Assembly (NCBI GenBank): GCA_040755925.1
Contig: JBFLWR010000430.1
Location: forward strand, 1-60,844
DNA length: 60,844 nt
Source: Pseudomonadota bacterium
Lineage (GTDB): Bacteria > Pseudomonadota > Alphaproteobacteria > Rhizobiales > Rhizobiaceae
Direction: 5' to 3'
This document shows positions 9,124 to 19,054 of the stretch, piece after piece. The notes beneath the pieces were generated by a model, which was given only the letters and a program-made list of their open reading frames with translations, did not search any database and had not been told where the DNA came from. The first letter of the stretch is position 1. The number at the start of each line of letters is the position of its first letter. A program made the position numbers and the translations under genes.

Positions 9124-9915
9124 TCAGCCCGGTTGCGTCTGCGCCGTCCGCACCGCCTCTATACGGATGTCTTCTGTGAGTTGCGCCTTGAGCGTCGAAA
9201 ACTCCGGGCTGGTCTTCAGCGTGTAATGGCGCGGATGCGGCAGATCGACCGGCACGTCCGACTTGACCTTGCCAGGCCGCGCGCTCATAACGATCACGCG
9301 TGAGGCCATGAAGATCGCCTCCTCGATGTCGTGGGTGACGAACAGCACCGTCTTCTTGCGCCGCTCCCATATGCCGAGCAGCAATTCCTGCATCAGGCCG
9401 CGCGTCTGGTTATCCAGCGCGCCGAACGGCTCGTCGAGCAGCAGGATCGCGGGATCGTTGGCCAGCGCCCTGGCGATCGCCGTGCGCTGCTGCATGCCGC
9501 CGGAAAGCTGCTTCGGCCAATGGTTCTCGAAACCTTTCAGTCCGACCAGATCGATATAGGACGCGACGATCTCGTTGCGCTCCCGCTCGGGCATGTTGCG
9601 TTCGCGCAGGCCGAAGCCGATGTTCTCGGCGACCGTCAGCCAGGGAAACAGCGTGTAGGACTGGAATACCATGCCACGGTCCGGGCCTGGCCGGCCGACG
9701 GCCTTGCCGTCGAGCAGCACGCGCCCCGTGCTCGGGGCCTCCAGTCCGGCAACGATCCTGAGCAGGGTCGATTTCCCGCAACCGGAAGGCCCCAGGATGG
9801 TGATGAAGTCATTGGCGGCGACCGACAGGTCGACTGGCTGCAGCGCCTGCACAGGCTGCCCGCCCCGAACCCCGGCAAAAGTCCGGGAAACACCTTCGAT
9901 GACAAGCTTGCTCAC
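9124..9915 (-). CDS. ABC transporter ATP-binding protein (NitT/TauT family)
   Basis: GPSGCGKST Walker A, LSGGMQQR signature, LLLDEPF; GTG start overlaps the permease stop. Confidence 0.95.
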   Translation of the reverse strand: MSKLVIEGVSRTFAGVRGGQPVQALQPVDLSVAANDFITILGPSGCGKSTLLRIVAGLEAPSTGRVLLDGKAVGRPGPDRGMVFQSYTLFPWLTVAENIGFGLRERNMPERERNEIVASYIDLVGLKGFENHWPKQLSGGMQQRTAIARALANDPAILLLDEPFGALDNQTRGLMQELLLGIWERRKKTVLFVTHDIEEAIFMASRVIVMSARPGKVKSDVPVDLPHPRHYTLKTSPEFSTLKAQLTEDIRIEAVRTAQTQPG

Positions 9916-10688
9916 GCCAGGCTCCACGGATAGAGCCAGCGGTTGAGCGCCTTGAAGGCAAAGTCGGACAGAAGCCCGATCAGGCCGATGACGATGATGC
10001 CGAAGATGATCTGCCCCGTCGCCAGTCGAGACTGGCTGTTGATGATCATGTAGCCGATGCCGGATGACGAACCGATCAGTTCGGCGACGATGACATAGGT
10101 CCACGCCCAGCCAAGCACCAGCCGCAGCGTCTCGGCGATCTCCGGCGCATTGGCCGGCACGATCACCCGCTTGACGATGCCGTTGTCGGTCGCGCCCAGC
10201 GTGTAGGCGGCCTCGACCAAGTCACGCCTGGTGCCGCCGACCTTGACCGCGATGATCAGGATGATCTGGAAGACCGAGCCGACGAAGATCACCAGCAGCT
10301 TCTCCAACTCGCCGATGCCGGCCCACAGGATCAGCAGCGGGATGAAGGCGGATGCCGGCAGATAGCGGGCGAAGGACACGAACGGCTCCAAAAAGGCCTC
10401 GATGGGCTTCCATGCGCCCATGGCGATGCCGATCGGCACGGCGACGATCGAGGCCAGCACGAAGCCGCCGAAGACGCGCCAGATGGTGATCAGGATGTCG
10501 AGCCAGAAGCGATCTTCAGTGAGCAGCCGCCAGCCATCCTTCAGCATCGACAGCGGGTCGGCGAGAAAGATCCGGTTCACATGGCCGCCAAGCGTGATCC
10601 ATGCCCAGAACGCCACGAACAGGACGAAGAAAGCGATGCCCAGCACGGTCTTCGTGCCCGGCGAAACAGGATGCAGGGGACGCAGCAT
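9912..10688 (-). CDS. ABC transporter permease (NitT/TauT family)
   Basis: multiple TM helices; [11 protein letters not shown] motif. Confidence 0.93.
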   Translation of the reverse strand: MLRPLHPVSPGTKTVLGIAFFVLFVAFWAWITLGGHVNRIFLADPLSMLKDGWRLLTEDRFWLDILITIWRVFGGFVLASIVAVPIGIAMGAWKPIEAFLEPFVSFARYLPASAFIPLLILWAGIGELEKLLVIFVGSVFQIILIIAVKVGGTRRDLVEAAYTLGATDNGIVKRVIVPANAPEIAETLRLVLGWAWTYVIVAELIGSSSGIGYMIINSQSRLATGQIIFGIIVIGLIGLLSDFAFKALNRWLYPWSLA

Positions 10689-10709
10689 CAAAACTGTCCT
10701 TCAGGAAGA

Positions 10710-10734
10710 GGTCGGCGGCTTGCAGCCGCCGACC
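10710..10734. other. intercistronic hairpin between SBP and permease genes
   Basis: GGTCGGCGGCT-TGC-AGCCGCCGACC perfect 11-bp stem. Confidence 0.6.
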
Positions 10735-10747
10735 GGACGACGCGCGA

Positions 10748-11698
10748 TCAGTTGGCCACCGCGCTGGTGTCGGCGAGCGTCGTCACATCGGGTGCTTCCT
10801 TGATCAGCCCCATCTGCACCAGGAGCTGCGCCGCGGTCTTGGAAAAATCCTGGAAATCCTTGGTGAAGAACTGCTTGTTCTCGTCCCTGTCGGCCCATTT
10901 CAGGTACTTGGCCGAGTCCTCGAACTCCTTGGCCGACTGCTTCACGTCCGCCCCCATGATCTCGTAGGATTTCTGCGGATCCTTCTTGACCATGTCGAGC
11001 GCGTCGAAATAGCTGTCGGCGAGCGCCTTGGCGGCATCCGGATTTGCCTTGAGGAAGTCCGGCGTGCAGCCGACGGTGTCCAGCACCATGGGATAGTCGA
11101 GCGTGGTCGCCAGGATATGACCCTGGTCGGCCTTGTCGCGCACCGCCGAGATGAAAGGTTCATAGGTGACGGCCGCATCGTTCTGCCCGGCGAGGAAGGC
11201 CTGCGCGGCCGCATCCGGCTCAAGATTGACTACGGTCACATCCTTGGTCGACATCCCATTCTTGTTGAGCACCCAGGCGAGCATGAAGTATGGCGACGTG
11301 CCGGGCGCCGACGAGGCGACATTCTTGCCCTTGAGGTCGGCGACGGTCTTGATGTCGTTGCGCACGACGATGCCGTCGGCGCCGTAGGACTTGTCGAGCT
11401 GGAAGATCTGCTTGGTGGTGACGCCGCTGGCGTTCCACACCATCCAGGTCTCGACCGTGGTCGCCGCGCATTGCAGGTCGCCGCTGGCGATGGCGAGCGG
11501 GCGGCTCGCCTGCGGAACCTTCTTCAGCGTGACATCGAGCCCGTGCTTCTCGAACAGGCCGGCTTGCTTGGCCAAGGTCAGCGGCGCGAAACCGGTCCAG
11601 CCGCTGATGCCGATGGTGAGCGACGTGCCGGCCATGGCCGGCGCGCTCAGTCCAGCGACAGCCGCCAGTGCCGCCGTGAAGATGGTGGTTCTGTTCAT
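10748..11698 (-). CDS. ABC transporter substrate-binding protein (SsuA/THI5-like)
   Basis: signal peptide MNRTTIFTAALAAVAG...; WTGFAP, DKSYGADG, DLKGK motifs. Confidence 0.92.
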   Translation of the reverse strand: MNRTTIFTAALAAVAGLSAPAMAGTSLTIGISGWTGFAPLTLAKQAGLFEKHGLDVTLKKVPQASRPLAIASGDLQCAATTVETWMVWNASGVTTKQIFQLDKSYGADGIVVRNDIKTVADLKGKNVASSAPGTSPYFMLAWVLNKNGMSTKDVTVVNLEPDAAAQAFLAGQNDAAVTYEPFISAVRDKADQGHILATTLDYPMVLDTVGCTPDFLKANPDAAKALADSYFDALDMVKKDPQKSYEIMGADVKQSAKEFEDSAKYLKWADRDENKQFFTKDFQDFSKTAAQLLVQMGLIKEAPDVTTLADTSAVAN

Positions 11699-11903
11699 TG
11701 TCGTTCCCCTTTTTGTCGTGAGATCAAATTGTCTCACAGACGCCAAAAGGCTTGTCAATGAAGCACTTCGTGACCTGCACTATGGTCCAATCGACGGCGA
11801 ATGGACCATGGTGCCGGCGCATGCCTCCGCGCCATTCGTCAAAGGCGCGGCGCGCTCACGACCAGCACAGGGCAGCCCGCCTCCGGTGTCCGATGACACG
11901 GCC

Positions 11904-12752
11904 CTATCGACTCCCCGTTGCCCAACCGCGGTTGCGCCACATCTTCTCGCCGGCCTGACAATCGGTGGTTGGCCTGTCGTTGGCGAGCACGACCGGCGGG
12001 TGCGCGGCCTCTTCCGCCGCCCATTGCCACGACGCCGGACCGGCGAGCTCCAGCACCAGCTTGCGGCGGATCGCTTCGGGAAATTGCGTCCAGTCGTTCA
12101 CCGGGATCATGAAGGCCCCTGGTCCGCCGATGACGCAATCGCTGTAGTAGCGATCGAGATTGTCGGCGTCGGAAGCGCCGCCGAACCCGCTTCGCGTCAT
12201 CAGCGGCAAGCCATTGATGACGATGCCCTGCTTGACGACTTCGTCGCGCGTGACATCCACCGGTGCGCCCTGGTTGTTGGGTCCGTCGCCTGAAACGTCG
12301 ATGACCCGCTTGGTGCCCTGAAAGTCACTTTCGGCGAAAAGGTCGCTGCCGAACTCAAGCGCACCGGAAATCGACGTGCGCCTGGCGCCGTCCAACGAGT
12401 AGTCGCTGAGCTGCGCGACAAACCGTTCGGCATCGGCGCGATTGGCGATCACCGTCCACGGCACGATGACGCGCTGCCATCTCGTGCCGGCCCACTCGAC
12501 GTAAGTAACCGCGATCTTGCCGTATGCGCCGCCGGCGATGGCCTTCAGGACGTCTTGATGCGTCAATGCCGCCGCATAACCGTGGCGCTGGATTTCGAGT
12601 TCCTCGGGCGACATGGACAGCGACACGTCGACAGCCAGCACCAGCTCGACATCGACCGGCTCGACAGCGGTCGAGCGCGGGGTCAGCCCGAGCAACAGCG
12701 CCAGCGCGGCGGCGCCCGAAAGCCAACGCCCTTTTCGGCTGGAAGCGGACAT
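11904..12752 (-). CDS. DUF1194 / vWA-like exported protein
   Basis: signal peptide; LAVDVSLS MIDAS-like motif; IDVSGDGPNN; YYSDCVIGGPGAF. Confidence 0.85.
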   Translation of the reverse strand: MSASSRKGRWLSGAAALALLLGLTPRSTAVEPVDVELVLAVDVSLSMSPEELEIQRHGYAAALTHQDVLKAIAGGAYGKIAVTYVEWAGTRWQRVIVPWTVIANRADAERFVAQLSDYSLDGARRTSISGALEFGSDLFAESDFQGTKRVIDVSGDGPNNQGAPVDVTRDEVVKQGIVINGLPLMTRSGFGGASDADNLDRYYSDCVIGGPGAFMIPVNDWTQFPEAIRRKLVLELAGPASWQWAAEEAAHPPVVLANDRPTTDCQAGEKMWRNRGWATGSR

Positions 12753-12790
12753 GACGCAAGGGTATGCGATAATCGATCCCCGACAAAGCA

Positions 12791-12818
12791 GAAAGGCCCG
12801 GTGCCGACCGGGCCTTTC
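12791..12818 (-). terminator. hairpin terminator downstream of the GcvT-type gene
   Basis: GAAAGGCCCGGT-GCCG-ACCGGGCCTTTC perfect 12-bp stem. Confidence 0.75.
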
Positions 12819-12843
12819 CGGACTTTTCCGAGTAAACTCACGG

Positions 12844-15405
12844 TCAGCTGCGCGGCTTGAGATTCTCCGGATCATAGAGCGGCTTGTAGCCGACGGCCGC
12901 GACTTCAACCGGATAGGTCTCGCCGAAATACTCGACCTGAAGCTTGCGGCCTTCCTGGGCGAAAGCCCAGGGCAGATAGGCAAGCGCGATGTTCTTGCCG
13001 ATGGTCGGACCATAGGCGACCGAAGTCGTGAAGGAGCGGCGGCCGAGTTCGTCGACCAGCGTCTCACCGGTTGCCGGATCCATGACCGGCATGGTGCCGA
13101 CCGGATAGCGCGCGACGCCCTTGGCATCGATGTTGTCGGTCATCACCAGCGTGCAGAGTATCGCCGGCTGGTGCTCGCGGGCACGGTACTCGACATGCTT
13201 GGCCTTGCCGCAGAAGTCGTTCTCCTTGACCTTCGGACGGGCGAGATCGGCTTCCAGCAGATTGTATTCGGTGAGCAGGTCCGCGTTCTGCAGGCGCAGG
13301 CTCTTTTCCATGCGGCGCGTGTTGGCATAGGTCTCGACGCCGAAGGGCATGACGCCGGTCGAGCGCAGCGCGTCCCAGACGGCCAGGCCGTCCTCGTAGC
13401 GCATATGCAGTTCCCAGCCCTGCTCGCCGACATAGGAGATGCGGAACGCCGTGACATCCTTGCCGCCGATGCGGATCGGCTTGATCGCGGCAAAGGGGAA
13501 GTTCTCGAGCGAAAGCCCGTCCGGTTTCTCGACCACCTTCTGCAACGTCGCCCGGGCATTCGGCCCCCAGATACCGATGGTGACATACTTCTCGGTCACA
13601 TCGGTGACGGTTACGTCAAAACCCTTGTCCTGCGCGGTGCGCTGCATGTAGCGGAAGTCGCGCGGGCCGGCGTCGGCGCCGTCGATCACCCGGCAGCGAT
13701 CGGCCATGCGAATGACGGTGAAGTCGGCGCGCACCATGCCTTCCTCGTCGAGGAAGTGGGTGTAGATGCCCTTGCCGATGTTGTTGTCGCCGCCGATCTT
13801 GGCCGCGCATAGCCATTCCAGCAGCGCCACATGATCGGGGCCTTCGACGTCGTACATCGAGAAGTGCGACAGGTTGACGATGCCGCAATCCTCGCTCATC
13901 GCCAGATGCTCGGCGTTGGAGACGCGCCAGAAGTGGCGATTGTCCCACTCGTTCCCACGTACCGGAACGCGGTTGCCGTATTTCTCCAGGAGATGCTCGT
14001 TGGCGGCGTAACCATGGGCGCGCTCCCAGCCACCCAGCTCCATGAAGTAGCCGCCGAGTTCCTTCTCACGTTCCCAGAACGGTGAGCGGCGGATGTTGCG
14101 CCCCTTGGAGAAGGGTTCGCGTGGATGCACCGCCGGATTGTACACCTTCATCGCCGTCTCGGTGCAGCGATCCCAGATGAACTGCTCCTGGGTCTGGTGC
14201 GGGTAGAAGCGCGAATAGTCGATGGCGTGATGGTCGATCGCGGTGCGGCCATCCGTCATCCAGTCGGCGATGAGCTTGCCCATGCCCGGGCCGTCCTTGA
14301 CCCAGATGGCGACGGCATACCACAGGCCCCTCACCTTCTGGCTCTCGCCCATGGACGGGCCGCCATCGGTGGTCACCTGCAGGAGGCCGTTGAAGGAATG
14401 GCCTTCATTGTAGCCGAGATCGCCGAGGATCGGCGTCAGTTCCATGGCGCGCTCCAGCGGCGCCATGATCTGCTCCATGTCGAGGTCGCGCTGCGACGGC
14501 GAAAGCCGCGCCTGGTCCTTTTCGAGGAGATCGCGCGGGTGGCAGAGGCGCGGATTGGTCTCTTCGTAATAGCCCCATTCGATCTGGCCGCCCTCGGCGG
14601 TCTTCGGATCGCCGGTGTCGCGCATATAGGCCGAGTTGCCCTGGTCGCGCAGCAGCGGCCAGCCGATCTCCTTGCCGGTGCCGGCAAACTCGTTGTAGGG
14701 GCCGAAGAAGGTCAGCGGATGGTCGATCGGCATGACCGGCAGGTCCTCGCCGACCAGCGCTGCGGTGAGCCGGCCCCAGATGCCGGTGCAGACCACGACA
14801 TAATCGGCCTCGATCGTACCGCGCTCGGTGACAACGCCCTTGATGCGGCCGTCCTCGACGATCAGCGATTTCGCGGACGTGTTGGCGAACGCCTGGAGCT
14901 TGCCTGCGGCCACGCCTTGGTCGACCAGCTTGCCGGCGACAGTCTGCGAGCGCGGGATGACGAGGCCCGCATCGGGATCCCACAGGCCACCCTGGACCAG
15001 ATGCTCTTCGATCAGCGGGAACTTCTTCTTGATCTCGGCTGGTTCGATCAGGCGCGCGCGCGTGCCGAACGCTTTGGCGGAAGCGATCTTGCGCTTGATC
15101 TCGTCCATGCGCCCGTCATCGCCGACGCGGGCTACTTCCAGGCCGCCGACGCGCGCGTAGTGGCCCATCTTCTCGTAGAAATCGATCGAGTAGAGCGTCG
15201 TCCAGCAGGAGAGAAAATCGTGGCTGGTCGTGTAGCAGAAGTCCGAGGCATGCGCCGTCGAGCCGATATCGGTCGGGATGCCCGACTTGTCGATGCCGAC
15301 AATGTCGTCCCAGCCACGCTCTATCAGGTGGTGGGCGACCGATGCGCCGACGATGCCACCCAGGCCGACGATGACGACCTTCGCCTTTTTCGGAAACTCT
15401 GCCAT
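12844..15405 (-). CDS. FAD-dependent oxidoreductase fused to GcvT folate-binding domain (dimethylglycine oxidase/dehydrogenase family), paralog 1
   Basis: GLGGIVG dinucleotide motif, GSTAHAS, GGWERA, RISYVGEQGWEL, RMEK; 853 aa. Confidence 0.9.
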   Translation of the reverse strand: MAEFPKKAKVVIVGLGGIVGASVAHHLIERGWDDIVGIDKSGIPTDIGSTAHASDFCYTTSHDFLSCWTTLYSIDFYEKMGHYARVGGLEVARVGDDGRMDEIKRKIASAKAFGTRARLIEPAEIKKKFPLIEEHLVQGGLWDPDAGLVIPRSQTVAGKLVDQGVAAGKLQAFANTSAKSLIVEDGRIKGVVTERGTIEADYVVVCTGIWGRLTAALVGEDLPVMPIDHPLTFFGPYNEFAGTGKEIGWPLLRDQGNSAYMRDTGDPKTAEGGQIEWGYYEETNPRLCHPRDLLEKDQARLSPSQRDLDMEQIMAPLERAMELTPILGDLGYNEGHSFNGLLQVTTDGGPSMGESQKVRGLWYAVAIWVKDGPGMGKLIADWMTDGRTAIDHHAIDYSRFYPHQTQEQFIWDRCTETAMKVYNPAVHPREPFSKGRNIRRSPFWEREKELGGYFMELGGWERAHGYAANEHLLEKYGNRVPVRGNEWDNRHFWRVSNAEHLAMSEDCGIVNLSHFSMYDVEGPDHVALLEWLCAAKIGGDNNIGKGIYTHFLDEEGMVRADFTVIRMADRCRVIDGADAGPRDFRYMQRTAQDKGFDVTVTDVTEKYVTIGIWGPNARATLQKVVEKPDGLSLENFPFAAIKPIRIGGKDVTAFRISYVGEQGWELHMRYEDGLAVWDALRSTGVMPFGVETYANTRRMEKSLRLQNADLLTEYNLLEADLARPKVKENDFCGKAKHVEYRAREHQPAILCTLVMTDNIDAKGVARYPVGTMPVMDPATGETLVDELGRRSFTTSVAYGPTIGKNIALAYLPWAFAQEGRKLQVEYFGETYPVEVAAVGYKPLYDPENLKPRS

Positions 15406-15560
15406 TGCCCGCGACTCCAGAGCGATAATGCGGGCGCGCCGGCGCCCGTTCGAATGGCGCACAATATGCAGAGGACGGCGGTCGGGCTACCGCCTGTTTG
15501 CGACACGCCGCAAGTGCGCCGCGACCCGGCGCATCAGTCGGCTCCTTGGAGCATTTTCGC

Positions 15561-16319
15561 TCAGGCGAAGGCCCAGATATCCTCGGCCTGGAAGCCGACC
15601 TGGTAGCCGGCGGTCTTGAGCTTGACGACGACCTGGCCGATCTCGGCGGCCGGCAGCGCGCCGACTTCTATCTTGATCATGCCGGGCCGATAGCGCTTGA
15701 GGTCGAGCTGTTCGAACACAATCCAGTCGGCGCCCTCGCAATCGACCAGAAACGCATCGATATGCTTGACGCCGTTGCGGTCGAGCAGCGTCTGCAGGGT
15801 CTCTGACGGCACCTCGATGTCCTTCAGATGCGGCGCGAACTTGTTGAAATTGGCGTCCGCCTCGCCCCAGGCATTCTTGCCCGACATCAGATTGGTGTCG
15901 GTTACCGACGAGCAACCGATGAACTCGATCGGCAGGGTGCCGGCCTCGAGCGCCGCGGCATCGAACGTATGGACCGTGATCGTGCCCTTGGTCCTGGTCA
16001 CCGCAACCGCCTCGATGATGAAGCGGTCGGTATCAGGATAGTTGGCGCGCAGCCGCTTCTGGTTATAGGGGATCGGCTCGACCAGCATGGCGCGAGCACC
16101 CGGGATGCGATGCAGCCACGGCGTCACGTCGTCGAACAAAGCACCGTCGCATGCGCCGACATTGACCATCTGAAATGGTCGGCCTTTGCCACCGAAGCGC
16201 GCCTTGAGCGCCGCCTTGGCGAGGAACTTGGTGCCGCGCAGCGATGGCCCTCGATCGAGCAAGCCCACGGGAAGGCCTAGTGACAGGAGCACGCGCGCGA
16301 GGCTGGAAACCGAACTCAT
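15561..16319 (-). CDS. FkbM-family SAM-dependent methyltransferase
   Basis: NVGACDG...LVEP motif I/II; VDCEGAD motif; ATG overlaps the upstream stop. Confidence 0.85.
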   Translation of the reverse strand: MSSVSSLARVLLSLGLPVGLLDRGPSLRGTKFLAKAALKARFGGKGRPFQMVNVGACDGALFDDVTPWLHRIPGARAMLVEPIPYNQKRLRANYPDTDRFIIEAVAVTRTKGTITVHTFDAAALEAGTLPIEFIGCSSVTDTNLMSGKNAWGEADANFNKFAPHLKDIEVPSETLQTLLDRNGVKHIDAFLVDCEGADWIVFEQLDLKRYRPGMIKIEVGALPAAEIGQVVVKLKTAGYQVGFQAEDIWAFA

Positions 16320-17551
16320 GCCTTGTCTCCAGGGATGACCTGCAATGCGACGCGATGCCCGCTACGGCTTGCCGATGCCCACAGTGCCATCAGCGGCGTG
16401 GCAAGCAGCAGGAAGGGCGGCAGGAGATTGGGGAAATAGATTCGGGTATCGTGAATCGGGAAAACCGTGAACTTGGCGAGTACGCCAAGCACGAGCGCCG
16501 CGAACAGGACGCCGGCGCGGCGGTCGAGCCGGAAGCCAGCGCGTTCAAGCCCGAACCATCCGGCTAAGGCGAGCACCGATACGCCGACCCAGCTGTTCAT
16601 GCCGATGGCGCGGACCACCGAGGCGGCGAAGGCCTTGAGATAGGCCGCCACCGAGAACGGCGGCTCGAAGCCGACCATGTTGTAATGCTGCTCGATGCTG
16701 GAGAACCACAGATGCGGCCACCAGCCCGGGTGGTTGGCCCAATGCGAAATGGCGAAATAGGCGATGAAAGAGGCTACGAACCCGGCCAGCGCTCCCCACG
16801 CTCTTTGCCGGAACGCGACGAGCAGCACCGCAAAGATGGCGAGGAAGACGATGTTGTCCGGCCGCGCCATGAAAGCGAGGAAAAGCAGGATCGCCGTCGC
16901 CACCTCGCGTTTGCGCGCATAGGCAAGGAGCCCGCCCAGGAACAGCGCCGAACACAACAAGTCCGGCGTCGAGGCCCGCGCGGTCTCGCCGAAATCTGCC
17001 ATGATCAGGACGGCGCCGACGACCGGCGCCAGCGCCAGCGCGCCCGCCGCGCGCAGCCAGAGCAGCGTGATAGCACCGAACAGGAGCACCGAGAACACCT
17101 GCACCAGCCGCATCGCCTCGACCGGTGATACGACGTGGCTCAGGCTGGACAGGATCTCGGCGTAGAGGAACTTGATGCGATACATGCCGAGCAGCGAGTG
17201 GAAGTCGGCTGCATTCTCGGTCATATGGCTGCGAAACCCGCCGCCATCATCCGTCAGTGCCTTGTAATCGCCGGCCGACACGCCGGCCTTGACCGTGCTG
17301 TAGGCATAGTCATGCAGAACCTGCGGATCGGGATAGGTGCCCTCCTCGGCGATTGCGAGGTAGGGCAGCATGTCCCAATTGGCGTCGGGCATGAGCCAGG
17401 CCGTCGCCGCCGTCAGCAGGATGTAGAGCGAGAAGGCGACCGCCCCGATCGACGCCGCCCATCGCGCATAAGCCCCCTCGCCCCAGGCGAGACCGGCGCC
17501 GGTCAGCCGGTCGAGCGGATTGGCGGAGCTTGCGGGCGGCCTGGTCAGCAT
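16316..17551 (-). CDS. polytopic membrane protein, putative GT-C-fold glycosyltransferase
   Basis: about 10-11 hydrophobic segments; acidic DANWD motif at the start of a large loop after TM1; TPD, RPD and late RIY motifs. Confidence 0.6.
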   Translation of the reverse strand: MLTRPPASSANPLDRLTGAGLAWGEGAYARWAASIGAVAFSLYILLTAATAWLMPDANWDMLPYLAIAEEGTYPDPQVLHDYAYSTVKAGVSAGDYKALTDDGGGFRSHMTENAADFHSLLGMYRIKFLYAEILSSLSHVVSPVEAMRLVQVFSVLLFGAITLLWLRAAGALALAPVVGAVLIMADFGETARASTPDLLCSALFLGGLLAYARKREVATAILLFLAFMARPDNIVFLAIFAVLLVAFRQRAWGALAGFVASFIAYFAISHWANHPGWWPHLWFSSIEQHYNMVGFEPPFSVAAYLKAFAASVVRAIGMNSWVGVSVLALAGWFGLERAGFRLDRRAGVLFAALVLGVLAKFTVFPIHDTRIYFPNLLPPFLLLATPLMALWASASRSGHRVALQVIPGDKA

Positions 17552-17558
17552 CGGTGCC

Positions 17559-19031
17559 TCAGCGAACCTGGCTCTTCACGAAATCCTTCACGATCGCCAC
17601 GATGCCACGCGACAGAAGACTGTCGAAGGCCTCGACGAAGCGATCGACATGCTCGCGCTGGCAGATCAGCGGCGGCTCGAGCCGGATGACGTTGCGATTG
17701 TATTCGGTGAAGGCGACGAGCACGTCGTAGTCGCGCAGCAACAGCGAGCCGACGAAGCCGGACAGCGAGCCTTTCAGCTTGTCGTCGAGCACGCTCACCA
17801 CGGGACGCAGCACCATCGGCAAGGTCTGGGAGAAGTCGTGGAACTCGAGCCCGACCATGAAGCCCTTGCCGCGCACGTCCTTGATGATCTTCGGGTATTT
17901 CTCCTTCAGCGCCTGCAGCCGCTGCAGAAGGTAATCGCCGGTCGAAGCCGCATTGTCGATGAGCCCTTCGTCATAGAGCACGTTCAGCGCCTCGATCGAC
18001 GTCACGCAGGCCTCACCCATGCCGCCGAAGGTCGCCATGGCATGGATCATCGCCGTCTTCGGCGTGCCATAGGCCTTCATGTAGACCTCGCGCCTGGCGA
18101 TCATGGCGCCGACAGCCGCCTTGCCGCCGCCCAGCGATTTCGCCAATGCCGTGACGTCCGGAACGACGCCATAGTGCTCGAAGGCATAGAAGCGGCCCGA
18201 GCGGCCATAGCCGCACTGCACCTCGTCCGCGACCCACAGTACGCCATACCGGTCGCAGAGCGCACGCAGCTTCCGCCAGTACTCGGCCGGCGCCTGGATG
18301 ATGCCGCCGCCGCCCTGGATGGTCTCGAGCACGATGACGCCGATCTCGGGATCGCTGCGGAAGGCGCGCTCCACCGCATCGATGTCGGCGAACGGAACGC
18401 GCACGACATTGTCGGCCACCTTGAAGTCGGCGCGGTAGAGCTGGCCGTCGGTGATCGCCAGCACACCCTTGGTCTTACCGTGGAAGGAGTTCTCGGCATA
18501 GACGACCTTCGGCCGCTTCGGGCCGGCGGCGCGCTCGGCGAGCTTGACCGCGGCTTCCATGGCCTCCGACCCGGAAGAGCCGAGGAACACCATGTCGAGG
18601 TCGCCCGGCGAGCATTTGGCGATGTTGTGCGCAAGTGCTGCCGCGTATTGCGACATGAAGGCGATGGCGATCTCCTGGCGCTTTTCCTCCTGGAACTTGC
18701 GGCGCGCTTCAAGAATGCGCGGATGGTTGTGGCCGAAGGCCAGCGAGCCGAAGCCGCCGAAGAAGTCGAGGATCTTGCGGCCGTTCTGGTCGATATAGAA
18801 CATGCCTTCGGCACGCTCGATCTTGATCTTGTGAAAGCCGAGCAGCTTCATGAAATGTAGTTGGCCCGGGTTGAGGTGCGCCTTGAACAGGTCGGTGATG
18901 CGGGCGACATCCATCGCCTTGGCCTGCTCGACGCTGATCAGGTCGGGCTTGGCTATCGTCGCGGGCGACAGCGTCGGCGCCGCGACCAGCGTGCGCGTGC
19001 CTGTCTGTTCCGGCTTGGCCATGACGGTCAT
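17559..19031 (-). CDS. class III PLP aminotransferase (ornithine/putrescine/HpnO-like)
   Basis: FGHNHP, SGSEAMEAA, SFHGKT, ADEVQCGYGRSG, LAKSLGGG (PLP Lys), IRLEPPL. Confidence 0.92.
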   Translation of the reverse strand: MTVMAKPEQTGTRTLVAAPTLSPATIAKPDLISVEQAKAMDVARITDLFKAHLNPGQLHFMKLLGFHKIKIERAEGMFYIDQNGRKILDFFGGFGSLAFGHNHPRILEARRKFQEEKRQEIAIAFMSQYAAALAHNIAKCSPGDLDMVFLGSSGSEAMEAAVKLAERAAGPKRPKVVYAENSFHGKTKGVLAITDGQLYRADFKVADNVVRVPFADIDAVERAFRSDPEIGVIVLETIQGGGGIIQAPAEYWRKLRALCDRYGVLWVADEVQCGYGRSGRFYAFEHYGVVPDVTALAKSLGGGKAAVGAMIARREVYMKAYGTPKTAMIHAMATFGGMGEACVTSIEALNVLYDEGLIDNAASTGDYLLQRLQALKEKYPKIIKDVRGKGFMVGLEFHDFSQTLPMVLRPVVSVLDDKLKGSLSGFVGSLLLRDYDVLVAFTEYNRNVIRLEPPLICQREHVDRFVEAFDSLLSRGIVAIVKDFVKSQVR

Positions 19032-19054
19032 CTCGAAAATCTCCCCTCGCCGCC

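Noticed and set aside
11777-11850. Possible guanidine-II (mini-ykkC) riboswitch upstream of the ABC SBP
   Set aside because: The ACGG-loop hairpin is on the strand opposite the gene and upstream of the putative promoter; no paired ACGR hairpins on the sense strand
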